DNA from: Agrococcus jejuensis
Lineage (GTDB): Bacteria; Actinomycetota; Actinomycetes; Actinomycetales; Microbacteriaceae
NCBI RefSeq assembly: GCF_007679035.1
Contig: NZ_VEFR01000002.1
Location: 349,245 to 413,244 of the forward strand
DNA length: 64,000 nt
Reading direction: 5' to 3'
The notes under the pieces: generated by a model
What the model was told of the DNA's origin: nothing
The model's database searches: none
The model's input: the letters and a program-made list of their open reading frames with translations, nothing else
Translations under genes and position numbers: made by a program
Part shown: piece by piece, positions 44,290 through 52,894 of the stretch
Layout of the letters: each line of letters starts with the position of its first letter
How positions within the stretch are numbered: the first letter of the stretch is position 1

Positions 44290-45123
44290 ATGCCCTCCGC
44301 CTACCGTCCCGGCCGCCCCGAGGACATCCCCGGCCTCGACCAGGCCGCGCTGCGCGACCGCTACCTCGTGCAGGGGCTGCTGACGCCCGGCGAGGTGCGC
44401 ACGGTCGTCACGCACTTCGACCGCGTCGTCGCGGTCGGCGCGGTGCCGACGGATGCGCCGCTGTCGCTCGAGGCCGTGCCGGAGATCCGCTCGGAGCGGT
44501 TCCTCGACCATCGCGAGATCGGCATCGCGAACGTGGGCGGCGCCGGCACGATCGTCGCCGACGGCGAGCGGTTCGCCATGGCGCCCGAGGCGCTGCTGTA
44601 CCTGGGCCGCGGCACGAGGGAGGTCGTCTTCGAGTCCGACGACGCCGCGAGCCCCGCCGCGTTCTACGGCTTCTCGGCACCCGCCCACGCGACGTTCCCG
44701 AACGCGCTCGCGACGCCGGCCGACGGCACGATCCGCGAGCTGGGCGACCAGGCGACGTCGAACCGGCGCACGCTGCGCCAGGTGATCCACGAGGACGGCA
44801 TCCGCTCATGCCAGGTGGTGATGGGCATCACGCGCCTGCACGAGGGCAGCATGTGGAACACGATGCCGGCGCACACGCACGACCGCCGCACCGAGCTCTA
44901 CCTCTACTTCGACCTCGCGGCCGACGCCCGGGTCGTGCACCTCATGGGTGAGCCCGACGAGACGCGCCACCTCATGGCCGCGTCCGGCGACCTCATCCTG
45001 TCGCCGTCGTGGTCGCTGCACTCGGGCGTAGGCTCATCGAACTACGCGTTCGTGTGGGCCATGGCGGGCGAGAACCAGTCGTTCGACGACATGGACTCGG
45101 TGCCGATCGCCGCGATGCGGTGA
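44290..45123 (+). CDS. kduI: 5-dehydro-4-deoxy-D-glucuronate isomerase (KduI)
   Basis: The 277-aa protein has a cupin fold and matches KduI (GSMWNTMPAHTHDRRTELYLYF...SPSWSLHSG). Confidence 0.8.
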   Translation: MPSAYRPGRPEDIPGLDQAALRDRYLVQGLLTPGEVRTVVTHFDRVVAVGAVPTDAPLSLEAVPEIRSERFLDHREIGIANVGGAGTIVADGERFAMAPEALLYLGRGTREVVFESDDAASPAAFYGFSAPAHATFPNALATPADGTIRELGDQATSNRRTLRQVIHEDGIRSCQVVMGITRLHEGSMWNTMPAHTHDRRTELYLYFDLAADARVVHLMGEPDETRHLMAASGDLILSPSWSLHSGVGSSNYAFVWAMAGENQSFDDMDSVPIAAMR

Positions 45124-45137
45124 CGGGAGGGAGTCAC

Positions 45138-45917
45138 GTGGTGCTGGAGCAGATCGACCGCTCGGCCGCCCCCGCTGCGGGGGCGAGCGAGAAGACCCTG
45201 CGCGTGCTGCAGGCCGCGCTCGAGCACCCGCGCTTCACCGACATCGTCGCCGAGGCCGGCCTCGCCAAGGCGACGGTGCACCGCATCCTCGCGACGCTCG
45301 TCGAGCAGGAGTTCATCGCCGGCGACGCCGACCACGGCTACCGCGCCGGCCCGAGCCTGCTGACGCTCGCGGGGCGCGCGCTCGCCTCGGTCGACATCTC
45401 GTCGATCGCCGAGCCGATCGTCGACGACCTCGTCGCCCGCGTCGACTGCACCGTGCACGTGGGCGTGCTCACCGACGCCGAGATGGTCTACGTCATCCGC
45501 AAGGACGCGTCGAAGCCCTACCGCATGCGCTCGCGCGTCGGCCTCGGCATCCCGATGCACTGCTCGGGCATGGGCAAGGCCGTGCTCGCGTCGTGGAGCC
45601 CCGAGCGCGTCGACCAGCTCGTCGCACGCGAGGGGCTGCCGGCTCGCACCGAGCTGACGATCACCACCCCCGAGGCGCTGCACGAGGAGCTCGCACGCGT
45701 CGCGGCACGCGGCTACGCGATGGACCTCGGCGAGAACGAGGTGGGCACGGTGTGCGTCTCGGCACCCATCCGCGACCACTCGGGCGCCGTCACCTACGGG
45801 CTGTCGATCTCGTCGATCGCGCTCGAGCACCCCGGCACGTCGATCGAGGCGCTCGCTCCCGCCGCGATCGAGGCGGCCGACGAGATCTCGCGACTGCTGG
45901 GCGCGCCGAGCGCCTGA
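45138..45917 (+). CDS. IclR-family transcriptional regulator (KdgR-like)
   Basis: It starts at a GTG preceded by GGGAGGGAG. The HTH segment is FTDIVAEAGLAKATVHRILATL and an IclR effector domain follows. It ends the dctPQM-kduI operon. Confidence 0.8.
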   Translation: MVLEQIDRSAAPAAGASEKTLRVLQAALEHPRFTDIVAEAGLAKATVHRILATLVEQEFIAGDADHGYRAGPSLLTLAGRALASVDISSIAEPIVDDLVARVDCTVHVGVLTDAEMVYVIRKDASKPYRMRSRVGLGIPMHCSGMGKAVLASWSPERVDQLVAREGLPARTELTITTPEALHEELARVAARGYAMDLGENEVGTVCVSAPIRDHSGAVTYGLSISSIALEHPGTSIEALAPAAIEAADEISRLLGAPSA

Positions 45918-45933
45918 GTCGGACGGCCGTCGG

Positions 45934-46254
45934 CTACGCCGCGACGGCGACGGCGACGGGAGCGGCTGCGACGACCGCGGCGACGACCATGCCCGCCGGT
46001 CGGTTCGCGTGGCGCATCATGTCCTCGAGGCGATCGCGGTCGAGCGCGGGCTGGGCGCCGGCGGCGAACGTGTAGCGCAGCATCGCCGAGGGATGGATCC
46101 ACAGCGACTCGCGGCTCCCGCCGGCGTCGATCGAGAGCACGAACGCCTCCTGGCGTCGGAGCTTGGCGACGACGATCGCCGACACGTGCACGAGCGTCTC
46201 GTCGTCGATCGTGAACGACGCGTCGCTGCTGGTGCCGTAGTGCAGAGTGCCCAT
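45934..46254 (-). CDS. Small conserved actinobacterial protein of unknown function (DUF-type)
   Basis: The 106-aa translation starts MGTLHYGTSSDASFTIDDETLVHVSAIVVAKLRRQEAFVLSI, which resembles a widespread family of small actinobacterial proteins. Confidence 0.45.
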   Translation of the reverse strand: MGTLHYGTSSDASFTIDDETLVHVSAIVVAKLRRQEAFVLSIDAGGSRESLWIHPSAMLRYTFAAGAQPALDRDRLEDMMRHANRPAGMVVAAVVAAAPVAVAVAA

Positions 46255-46278
46255 GGTTGCTCCTCGGGGTCGGTGCGG

Positions 46279-46512
46279 TCAGGCCGCTGCGGATTGCGCG
46301 GACTCGAGCTCGAGCCGCCGTGCGAGAGCGCCACGACGGAACGCGGCGTGGAGCCTGCGTCGCGCGCTGCGCTCGGCGTCGCGCGCGTCGAACGGCATGA
46401 CGAGATCCCAGAGCGTGTCGGCGGTGAGCGCGGGATCGGGGTCGCCGCGCAGGCCGGCACGCACGCCGAGCGCCCTGGCGGTGGCCAGGTTCGCGGCGGT
46501 GAGGGACTGCAT
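46279..46512 (-). CDS. Hypothetical small protein (weak call)
   Basis: It is a 77-aa ORF with codon bias consistent with coding. There is no recognisable family. Confidence 0.25.
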   Translation of the reverse strand: MQSLTAANLATARALGVRAGLRGDPDPALTADTLWDLVMPFDARDAERSARRRLHAAFRRGALARRLELESAQSAAA

Positions 46513-46629
46513 GGATCCGACTCAAGCAGAACGGCTTCCGTTTAGCAAGTTTGTCAAGATGAATGTTTGCAGACATGGCCGCTTCTCGTGGCACTATGGT
46601 CGAGAGGACAGCGATGCGAAGGAGGGGCC

Positions 46630-47130
46630 GTGACCGATCGCGGACCACAGGCGACGACCGGATTCACCTACGACGCCTCCGCATCCAGCGACGGACCCGA
46701 GGCCATGCTGAATCTGCTGCTCGAGTACCGCGAGGCCGAGGCCGCGCTGCGGCGCCGCGTCGCCGACGACCTCGAGATCGGCGACCTCGACCTGCTCGGC
46801 CTGCGCTACATCGCTCGCGCCGCGGAGCAGGGAGCGCCGCTGCGTCCCTCCGACCTGCGCGACCTGCTGCTCATCACGACCGGCTCCACCACCGCACTCC
46901 TCGACCGGCTCGAGACGCGCGGACTCGCGACGCGCGCGCCGCATCCGACCGACCGACGCTCCTCGGTGCTCGAGCTCGACGAGGCCGCGACCGCGATCGT
47001 GCGCGACGCGCTCGACGGCATGCAGGCGAGCATCCTCGACGTCGCAGAGCACCTCGATCCGCACGACCGCGCGACCGCCATCCGCGTGCTCCGCGACCTC
47101 ATCGCCGCCACCCGCACCGCCAGCGCCTAG
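46630..47130 (+). CDS. MarR-family transcriptional regulator
   Basis: The winged HTH is visible (LRPSDLRDLLLITTGSTTALLDRLETRGLATRAPHPTDRRS). The start is a GTG preceded by GAAGGAGGGG; the ATG at 46705 is an alternative start. Confidence 0.7.
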   Translation: MTDRGPQATTGFTYDASASSDGPEAMLNLLLEYREAEAALRRRVADDLEIGDLDLLGLRYIARAAEQGAPLRPSDLRDLLLITTGSTTALLDRLETRGLATRAPHPTDRRSSVLELDEAATAIVRDALDGMQASILDVAEHLDPHDRATAIRVLRDLIAATRTASA

Positions 47131-47262
47131 CGCCGCGACGAGCGCCCGCGTGCGCCGATAGCCTGCCAGCATGAGCGCCGCCGCCCGGATCCTCGCGACG
47201 ACGCGACGCCCGTGCGCGCCGGCGCACGTCGACGCCGTCGCGACAGACCGGCGGGACGCCGC

Positions 47263-47682
47263 GTGAGGGTCGTGCGCGGACGCGTGCACCTCGCGGTCGG
47301 CGGTCCCATCGATCCGACGCTCGCCTGGCAGCGCTACGCCCGCATCGACCGGTGGACGTGGTGGTCGCGCCATCTCGACCGCGTCGACGTCGACGGCGAC
47401 GAGCTGCGCATCCGCCCCGGGCTCACCGGCCGGGTCGCGTCCGGTCCGTTCGTCGCGCGCTTCACGGTGGACGCGGTCGACGAGCCCGCACGCACGTGGA
47501 CCTGGACGGTGCGCGCGGGCATCGTGCGGCTGCGGCTCGAGCACGCGGTGCTGCCGGCGACGCAGATCGGCACGCAGCGCGAGGGCACGCTCACGCGGCT
47601 CGTGCTGCACGGCCCGCTGCCGATCACGATGGCGTACGCGCCGATCGCGGCGCTGGCGCTGCAGCGGCTCGTGCGCCGCTGA
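47263..47682 (+). CDS. SRPBCC-superfamily (polyketide-cyclase / AHSA1-like) protein
   Basis: The ~140-aa protein shows the beta-rich pattern typical of SRPBCC partners of MarR regulators. The start is GTG (VRVVRGRVHLAV...). Confidence 0.5.
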   Translation: MRVVRGRVHLAVGGPIDPTLAWQRYARIDRWTWWSRHLDRVDVDGDELRIRPGLTGRVASGPFVARFTVDAVDEPARTWTWTVRAGIVRLRLEHAVLPATQIGTQREGTLTRLVLHGPLPITMAYAPIAALALQRLVRR

Positions 47683-47696
47683 GCCCCCAGGGGGCG

Positions 47697-48077
47697 CTAG
47701 CCGCGCGCGGGTGCGTCGTCGCCGAGGTCGGCGAGCGCCACGGCGATCGCACCGGTCGCCGCGTCGATGTGCGCGTCGAACTGCAGCTGCGCGATCGGGC
47801 GCAGGATGGGGCGACGCGCGTGGTTCGCGGCTGCTTCGCGCGCCTCGTCGGTCGCCTGCGTGGCGGCGAGCAGGCACATCGCCACCGAGCGGTCGAGGTC
47901 GGTGTCGCCGAGGTGACGATTCGCGGACGCGGCGCACGCGCCGATGCGGTCGAGCTGCGCGGCGTCGCGGATGCCGATCGTCTCGTCGTCGAAGCGGCGC
48001 AGCAGGCTCTGCATCTCGAGGAGGTCGGTGGTGACGTCGTTCGGCACGCAGACGATCATGCACCCATCGGCCGTCAT
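47697..48077 (-). CDS. Hypothetical protein
   Basis: It is a 126-aa ORF with no confident family. Confidence 0.3.
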   Translation of the reverse strand: MTADGCMIVCVPNDVTTDLLEMQSLLRRFDDETIGIRDAAQLDRIGACAASANRHLGDTDLDRSVAMCLLAATQATDEAREAAANHARRPILRPIAQLQFDAHIDAATGAIAVALADLGDDAPARG

Positions 48078-48099
48078 CGCGCGAAGCGGGGGCTGCGCG

Positions 48100-48790
48100 T
48101 CCGCTGGGATCGTGGTGCTCCGGCCTCCCCGTCAGCTGGTCGAGAGCCGTCCTTCCCTTGCCGCCCTCCGTCCGGGGACGCCCTCCTTCCAGCTGGTCGA
48201 GGAGGCCCCGAGCGCAGCGAGGAGCCGTCTCGAGACCACGCGACGTGCCCGCTCGGCGCGACCACGCGCGTGGCCGGGCAGGAGCAGCGCTCCCGTGGTC
48301 TCGTGACGCGGGCTCGCCCAGGGGCTCGCGCGCTCCTCGACCAGCTGGATGGGGGCCGCCCGGCCCGCCCGCCCCTTGCCGCCCTCCGTCCGGGGACGCC
48401 CTCCTCCCAGCTGGTCGAGGAGGCCCCGAGCGCAGCGAGGAGCCGTCACGAGACCACGCGACGTGCCCGCTCGACGCGACCACGCTCATGCTGGTGGGGA
48501 GCCGCCCGGCCCGCCCGCCCCTTGCCGCCCTCCCTCCGGGGACGCCCTCCTCCCCGCTGGTCGAGGAGCGCAGGCGCGAAGCGCCTCCGCGTCACGAGAC
48601 CACGCGACGTGCCCGCCCGAGGCGACCACGCGCGTGGCCGGGCAGGAGCCGCGCTCGCGTGGTCTCGTGACGCGTGCTCGCCCAGGGGCTCGCGCGCTCC
48701 TCGACCAGCTGGTGGGGAGCCGAACGGCCCGTGAGGTACGAACGCAGAGCCTCGAACGGCCCCCTCAGGACACGCGAGCCCCCACCACCG
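48100..48790. repeat. Tandem block of composite GC-rich palindromic repeats, about 3 copies of a ~210-bp A+B unit
   Basis: The unit has two parts. Part A is CAGCTGGTGGGGAGCCGCCCGGCCCGCCCGCCCCTTGCCGCCCTCCGTCCGGGGACGCCCTCCTCC. Part B is CAGCTGGTCGAGGAGGCCCCGAGCGCAGCGAGGAGCCGTCACGAGACCACGCGACGTGCCCGC...CGCGTGGTCTCGTGACGCG.GCTCGCCCAGGGGCTCGCGCGCTCCTCGAC. CGTCACGAGACCACGCG and CGCGTGGTCTCGTGACG are exact reverse complements. Confidence 0.7.
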
Positions 48791-51743
48791 CATCCGCCAG
48801 CACGCCGTCCGCCCACTCGCGGGCCACGTCGCCGACGTCGAGCGGTCCCGACGCGTCGTGCCTGCCGTACTCGCCGACGCGCGTGGCGCCGCGGGCAGCG
48901 AGCGCCTCGTCGACGCGCTCCGACCCGCGCGAGTACGTCTTCGCGTACGAACGGTCGCCCATCCCGAAGACCGCGTACCGCAGCGCGTCGAGCCGACCCG
49001 AGCCGGCGACGAGCGCCTCGTGGAAGGGCCGCGCAGCGGTCGGCACCTCGCCGTCGCCGTACGTCGAGCAGACGACGAGGTGGATGCGCGACGCGTCGAG
49101 CGCCTCGGGGTCGGCGTTGGCGAGGTCGACGACAGCCACGTCGGTGCGGCCCGCGAGGTGCTGCGCGAGGTCCTCGGCGACGAGCTCGGCGCCGCCCGAC
49201 TCCGTGCCGAAGAGGATCGTCACGGGCACGCCGACGCCGCCCGCCGCATCCGCGACGGCCCCGATCTCCGGCAGCGCGATCGACGCGTCCGCCGCGACTG
49301 CCCGCAGCGCGTCGATCGTGCGCAGCTTCGCGCGCCGCCGGCCGGGCGCGGCCGCGAGCGTCTCGGCGACGTCGATGCGCCGCCAGCCGTCGAAGTCCGT
49401 CGCGCCGTCGAAGTCGGCGACGCCCGGCCGACCGATGGGCACGGCACCCGTCGACAGGTCGTCGAGCACGAGCCCCGCGAGCCCCTTCGCGTCGGTGCGC
49501 TGGTCGGGGATGGTGCCACGGGGTCCGCGGCGCAGCCAGCCGGCGACGTAGAGGCCCGGCTCGACGCGGCCATCGGCGTGCGCGCCGGGCTCGACCAGGC
49601 AGTCGTCGCCTGCCGCGAAGCCGATCGCGGTCACGACCGACGACGCCTCGAGCACCCGCTCCCCCGCGGGCGTCGCCACGCGCATGCCCGCGACGGCCTC
49701 GGCACCGAGCACCGCGACGGGCGTCGCACCGAACCACCAGTGGATGCGCACGCGCACGTCCCCGACCATCCCGGACGCGCGAGCGGCGAGCGCGCGCACG
49801 GCATCCATGCGCGCATCCTTGCCCTCGGGCACGGTGGCGAGGTCGACGTCGTGCACGACGTGCTCGACCCCGGCGAGCGTGGCGAGCTCGCGCACCATCA
49901 CGGGGTCGAAGCGTGCTGCGTCGGGCGCGGAGCGACCCACGAGATGCACGTCGCGCACGTCGCCGGCGAGCGCGTGCCGCACGGCGTCGTCGACGTCGGT
50001 GCCGTCGAACTCGGCGGGGTCGCGGACGACGAGCCGCGCCACGTCCATCGCCACGTTGCCGTGGCCCACGATCACGACCGAGCGGCCGAGCGACGGCACG
50101 TCGGCCTCGTCGGGGTGGCCGTTCAGGATGCGCGTGACCGTGCCCGCTCCGACCACACCGGGCAGCGAGGCGCCCGGGATCGCGAGCGCCGCGTCGGCCG
50201 AGAGCCCCGTCGCCAGCACGACCGCGTCGTAGTCGCGACGCAGGCGGGCCAGCGCGTCGGCGTCCACGTGCACGCCGCCGACGAACCGCACGCCCTCGTG
50301 CAGGAACAGCCGGTCGAACTGCCGCGCGACCGCCTTCGTGCCCTGGTGGTCGGCGGCGACGCCGTGCCGCACGAGCCCGTACGGCACGGGCAGGCGATCC
50401 ACGACGTCGAGGTGCGCGGCAGGCAGCGCGCGCCGCAGGGCCTGCGCCGAGAAGCAGCCCGCGGGCCCCGAGCCGACGATCGCGATGCGCGGCGCGAGCG
50501 CGGGCGCCGCGGCATCCCGCGCGGCGTCGACCGCGACCGACGCGCCCGCCGGGGCCACGGCATCCCACGCGATGGGCATCGAGAGCATGCCGCGGAACAC
50601 CCAGCCGCCGACCTCCGCCGGTCGGTCCGGCACGAGGTCGAGGCCGCGCAGCCGATCGAAGAGCATCGGCAGCGCCACGTCGGCCACCGCCGAGCGCGCC
50701 GCCCAGTTGCCGAGGCACACGTGCACGCCCTTCGAGAAGGCGAGGTGCGGCTTGACCTCGCGGCGCACGTCGAACGCGTCCGCGCGATCCCACACCGACT
50801 CGTCGCGGTTCGCGGAGAGGATGCAGATGCCGAGCCTCGCCCCTCGCGGCAGCGTGACGCCGGCGAGCTCGACCTCGCGCGTCGTCTGCCGCGAGTACAG
50901 CCCGATGGGCGAGATCCAGCGGATCGTCTCCTCGAACGCCGTCGGCCACAGGGTTGCATCCGCCTCGATGATGCGGCGCTGCTCGGGGTGCTGCAGCACG
51001 GCCCATGCGGCGACGCCCAGCGCGTCGCGCGGCTCGTTGAGCCCGCCGCCGATCGTCATCTTTACGTTGGCTCGGATGCGCTCGATGGGCATCTCGTAGT
51101 CGGGGATGCGGATGAGCTGCGAGAGGAGCGAGTGGTCGGGGTGCTTCGCGTGCCACGCGAGCATCTCGTCGAGCGCGGCGTCGACCTCGTCGAACGAGCG
51201 CTCGCCCCTCGCCCACACGTCGGGGTCGTCGGCGTAGTTGCCGGTCGCGTCGATGAGCGTCTGCGACCACCGCTGCAGGTCGGTCTGGTGCACGTTGTGC
51301 AGGCCGAGCATCTCGCGCAGGTTCTCGGCGGCGAAGGGGGCGGCGAAGTCCCAGATGAGGTCGGCCTCGCCAGGACCCTTCGCGATCATCTCGTCGAGGT
51401 AGCGCGCGGCGTTGCGCTCGAAGACGCTGCGCCACACGCGCTTCACGACGCCGGGCCGCAGCGTCGGCTGCCACGCCTTCCGCTCGAGGTGGTGCTCGGG
51501 GTCGTCGCGTCGCAGCATCGAGTGCCCCATGGCGCGGATCTGCAGCGACCCCTCCTCGTTCGCCGAGAAGGTCGCCTGGTCGACCTCGGTCGCGTGCACG
51601 GCGTCGTAGGTCGTGACGAGGTACCGGCCGACGGCGGGCACCCAGTGCACGCCGCCCTCGGCGCGCAAGCGCTCGTAGATGGGGAAGGGGTCGCGGTACA
51701 GGTCGGCGATCTGCACCCAGTCGGCGACGGGAGGGGTCGGCAT
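48765..51743 (-). CDS. Self-sufficient cytochrome P450 fused to an adrenodoxin-reductase-like FAD/NADPH reductase and a C-terminal flavodoxin (P450-FprA/XplB-like-flavodoxin)
   Basis: It is a single 992-aa ORF. The N-terminal P450 has the ExxR motif EETIRW and the Cys-ligand loop FSKGVHVCLGNWAARS. The middle domain has GxGxxG (IAIVGSGPAGCF), a second Rossmann fold (VVIVGHGNVAMDVARLV) and an adrenodoxin-reductase-like segment (YVAGWLRRGPRGTIPDQRTDAK). The C-terminal flavodoxin has VTILFGTESGGAELVAEDLA...VVCSTYGDGE...YAVFGMGDRSY. Confidence 0.85.
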   Translation of the reverse strand: MPTPPVADWVQIADLYRDPFPIYERLRAEGGVHWVPAVGRYLVTTYDAVHATEVDQATFSANEEGSLQIRAMGHSMLRRDDPEHHLERKAWQPTLRPGVVKRVWRSVFERNAARYLDEMIAKGPGEADLIWDFAAPFAAENLREMLGLHNVHQTDLQRWSQTLIDATGNYADDPDVWARGERSFDEVDAALDEMLAWHAKHPDHSLLSQLIRIPDYEMPIERIRANVKMTIGGGLNEPRDALGVAAWAVLQHPEQRRIIEADATLWPTAFEETIRWISPIGLYSRQTTREVELAGVTLPRGARLGICILSANRDESVWDRADAFDVRREVKPHLAFSKGVHVCLGNWAARSAVADVALPMLFDRLRGLDLVPDRPAEVGGWVFRGMLSMPIAWDAVAPAGASVAVDAARDAAAPALAPRIAIVGSGPAGCFSAQALRRALPAAHLDVVDRLPVPYGLVRHGVAADHQGTKAVARQFDRLFLHEGVRFVGGVHVDADALARLRRDYDAVVLATGLSADAALAIPGASLPGVVGAGTVTRILNGHPDEADVPSLGRSVVIVGHGNVAMDVARLVVRDPAEFDGTDVDDAVRHALAGDVRDVHLVGRSAPDAARFDPVMVRELATLAGVEHVVHDVDLATVPEGKDARMDAVRALAARASGMVGDVRVRIHWWFGATPVAVLGAEAVAGMRVATPAGERVLEASSVVTAIGFAAGDDCLVEPGAHADGRVEPGLYVAGWLRRGPRGTIPDQRTDAKGLAGLVLDDLSTGAVPIGRPGVADFDGATDFDGWRRIDVAETLAAAPGRRRAKLRTIDALRAVAADASIALPEIGAVADAAGGVGVPVTILFGTESGGAELVAEDLAQHLAGRTDVAVVDLANADPEALDASRIHLVVCSTYGDGEVPTAARPFHEALVAGSGRLDALRYAVFGMGDRSYAKTYSRGSERVDEALAARGATRVGEYGRHDASGPLDVGDVAREWADGVLADAVVGARVS

Positions 51744-51875
51744 CGGTTCGCTCCGCTTCCACGCGCAGCACCGTCGCTGCACATGCATCCAGCATCCGTC
51801 GTGGTCTTCCTCGTGAAAAGCGGAGAGATGCGACCTGCAACTGCGATAGAACCGAGGAAGCGGTGATTGGTCACT

Positions 51876-51934
51876 TCTGTCGTTCGATTGGGCAGTAGTG
51901 GCGGACGACACGCCGCAGCACGTGCAACTACTGC
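51876..51934. repeat. Palindromic element CGATTGGGCAGTAGTGG-N25-CAACTACTGCCCAATCG (copy 2 of 2)
   Basis: It has perfect 15-bp arms. The loop (GACACGCCGCAGCACG) is similar to that of the copy at 1196-1253. It lies in the divergent region between the P450 fusion and the LysR gene. Confidence 0.6.
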
Positions 51935-51960
51935 CCAATCGACGATGGGAGACCGCCCGC

Positions 51961-52887
51961 GTGACCCCCGACTCGCCCATCCCCGACTTCACGCTGCGAC
52001 AGCTCGCGTACCTCGTGGCCGCGGCCGACGACGGCACGATCGCGGCGGCGGCGGCGCGGCTGCACGTGTCGGCGTCGGCGATCTCGGATGCGATCAGCGA
52101 GCTCGAGCGCTCCCTCGGCGCGCACCTCGCCATCCGTCGCCGCGCGCACGGGCTCACGCTCACGAGCGCCGGCGCGCACGTGGTCGCGCAGGCGCGTCCG
52201 CTGCTGGCAGCGGCGCGCGAGCTCTCGACGAGCCTCCACGCCGACGGCGCGCTCGTGGGGCCGATCACGATCGCCTGCTTCCCGACGCTCGCGCCCACGA
52301 TCCTGCCGCCGCTGCTCGCGGGCTTCGCCGCCGAGCATCCCGGCGTCGACCTGCACGTGGTCGAGACGACGCAGGACGGCCTCGCCGGCCGCATCGAGTC
52401 GGGCGAGATCGACGTCGCGTTCGTGTACGAGACGCTCGTGCCCGGCAACCCGCGCCGTCGTCGCCTGTACGCCCTGCCCGCGCACGTCGTGCTCGCCGCC
52501 GACGACCCGCTCGCCGCGCAGCCGACCGTGCGGCTGGAGACCCTCGTCGATCGCGACCTCATCCTGCTCGACGCGCCCCCGTCGAGCGAGCACACGCTCT
52601 CGCTGTTCGCGGCCCGCGGGCTCACCCCGCGCATCCGCCAACGCGTGCGCAGCTACGAAGCGGTGCGCACGCTCGTGGGCCGCGGGCTCGGCTACGGCAT
52701 CCTCGTGCAGCGGCCGGCGAACCCGGCGAGCTACGAGGGCTTCCCGCTCGCGCTGCGCGAGATCGCGCCGGCGGTCGACCCGGTCGGCGTCGACGTCATC
52801 TGGTCGGCGGATGCGGATGCTCCGCCGCGCGTGCGCGCGCTCATCGACTTCGCGACGTCGCTGGAATGGCGTTCACCGACGACCTGA
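51961..52887 (+). CDS. LysR-family transcriptional regulator, divergent from the P450 fusion
   Basis: The HTH segment is FTLRQLAYLVAAADDGTIAAAAARLHVSASAISDAISELE and a LysR substrate-binding domain follows. The start is placed at the GTG (VTPDSPIPDF). The earlier ORF-track start at 51898 would make the protein overlap the palindromic element. Confidence 0.7.
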   Translation: MTPDSPIPDFTLRQLAYLVAAADDGTIAAAAARLHVSASAISDAISELERSLGAHLAIRRRAHGLTLTSAGAHVVAQARPLLAAARELSTSLHADGALVGPITIACFPTLAPTILPPLLAGFAAEHPGVDLHVVETTQDGLAGRIESGEIDVAFVYETLVPGNPRRRRLYALPAHVVLAADDPLAAQPTVRLETLVDRDLILLDAPPSSEHTLSLFAARGLTPRIRQRVRSYEAVRTLVGRGLGYGILVQRPANPASYEGFPLALREIAPAVDPVGVDVIWSADADAPPRVRALIDFATSLEWRSPTT

Positions 52888-52894
52888 CGGCTCC

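Noticed and set aside
51898-51960. An N-terminal 21-codon extension of the LysR regulator (ORF-track start).
   Set aside because: It would be encoded straight across a conserved 15-bp-arm palindromic element that also occurs in a promoter region at 1196-1253. The downstream GTG start gives a standard-length LysR. The extension is kept only as an alternative.
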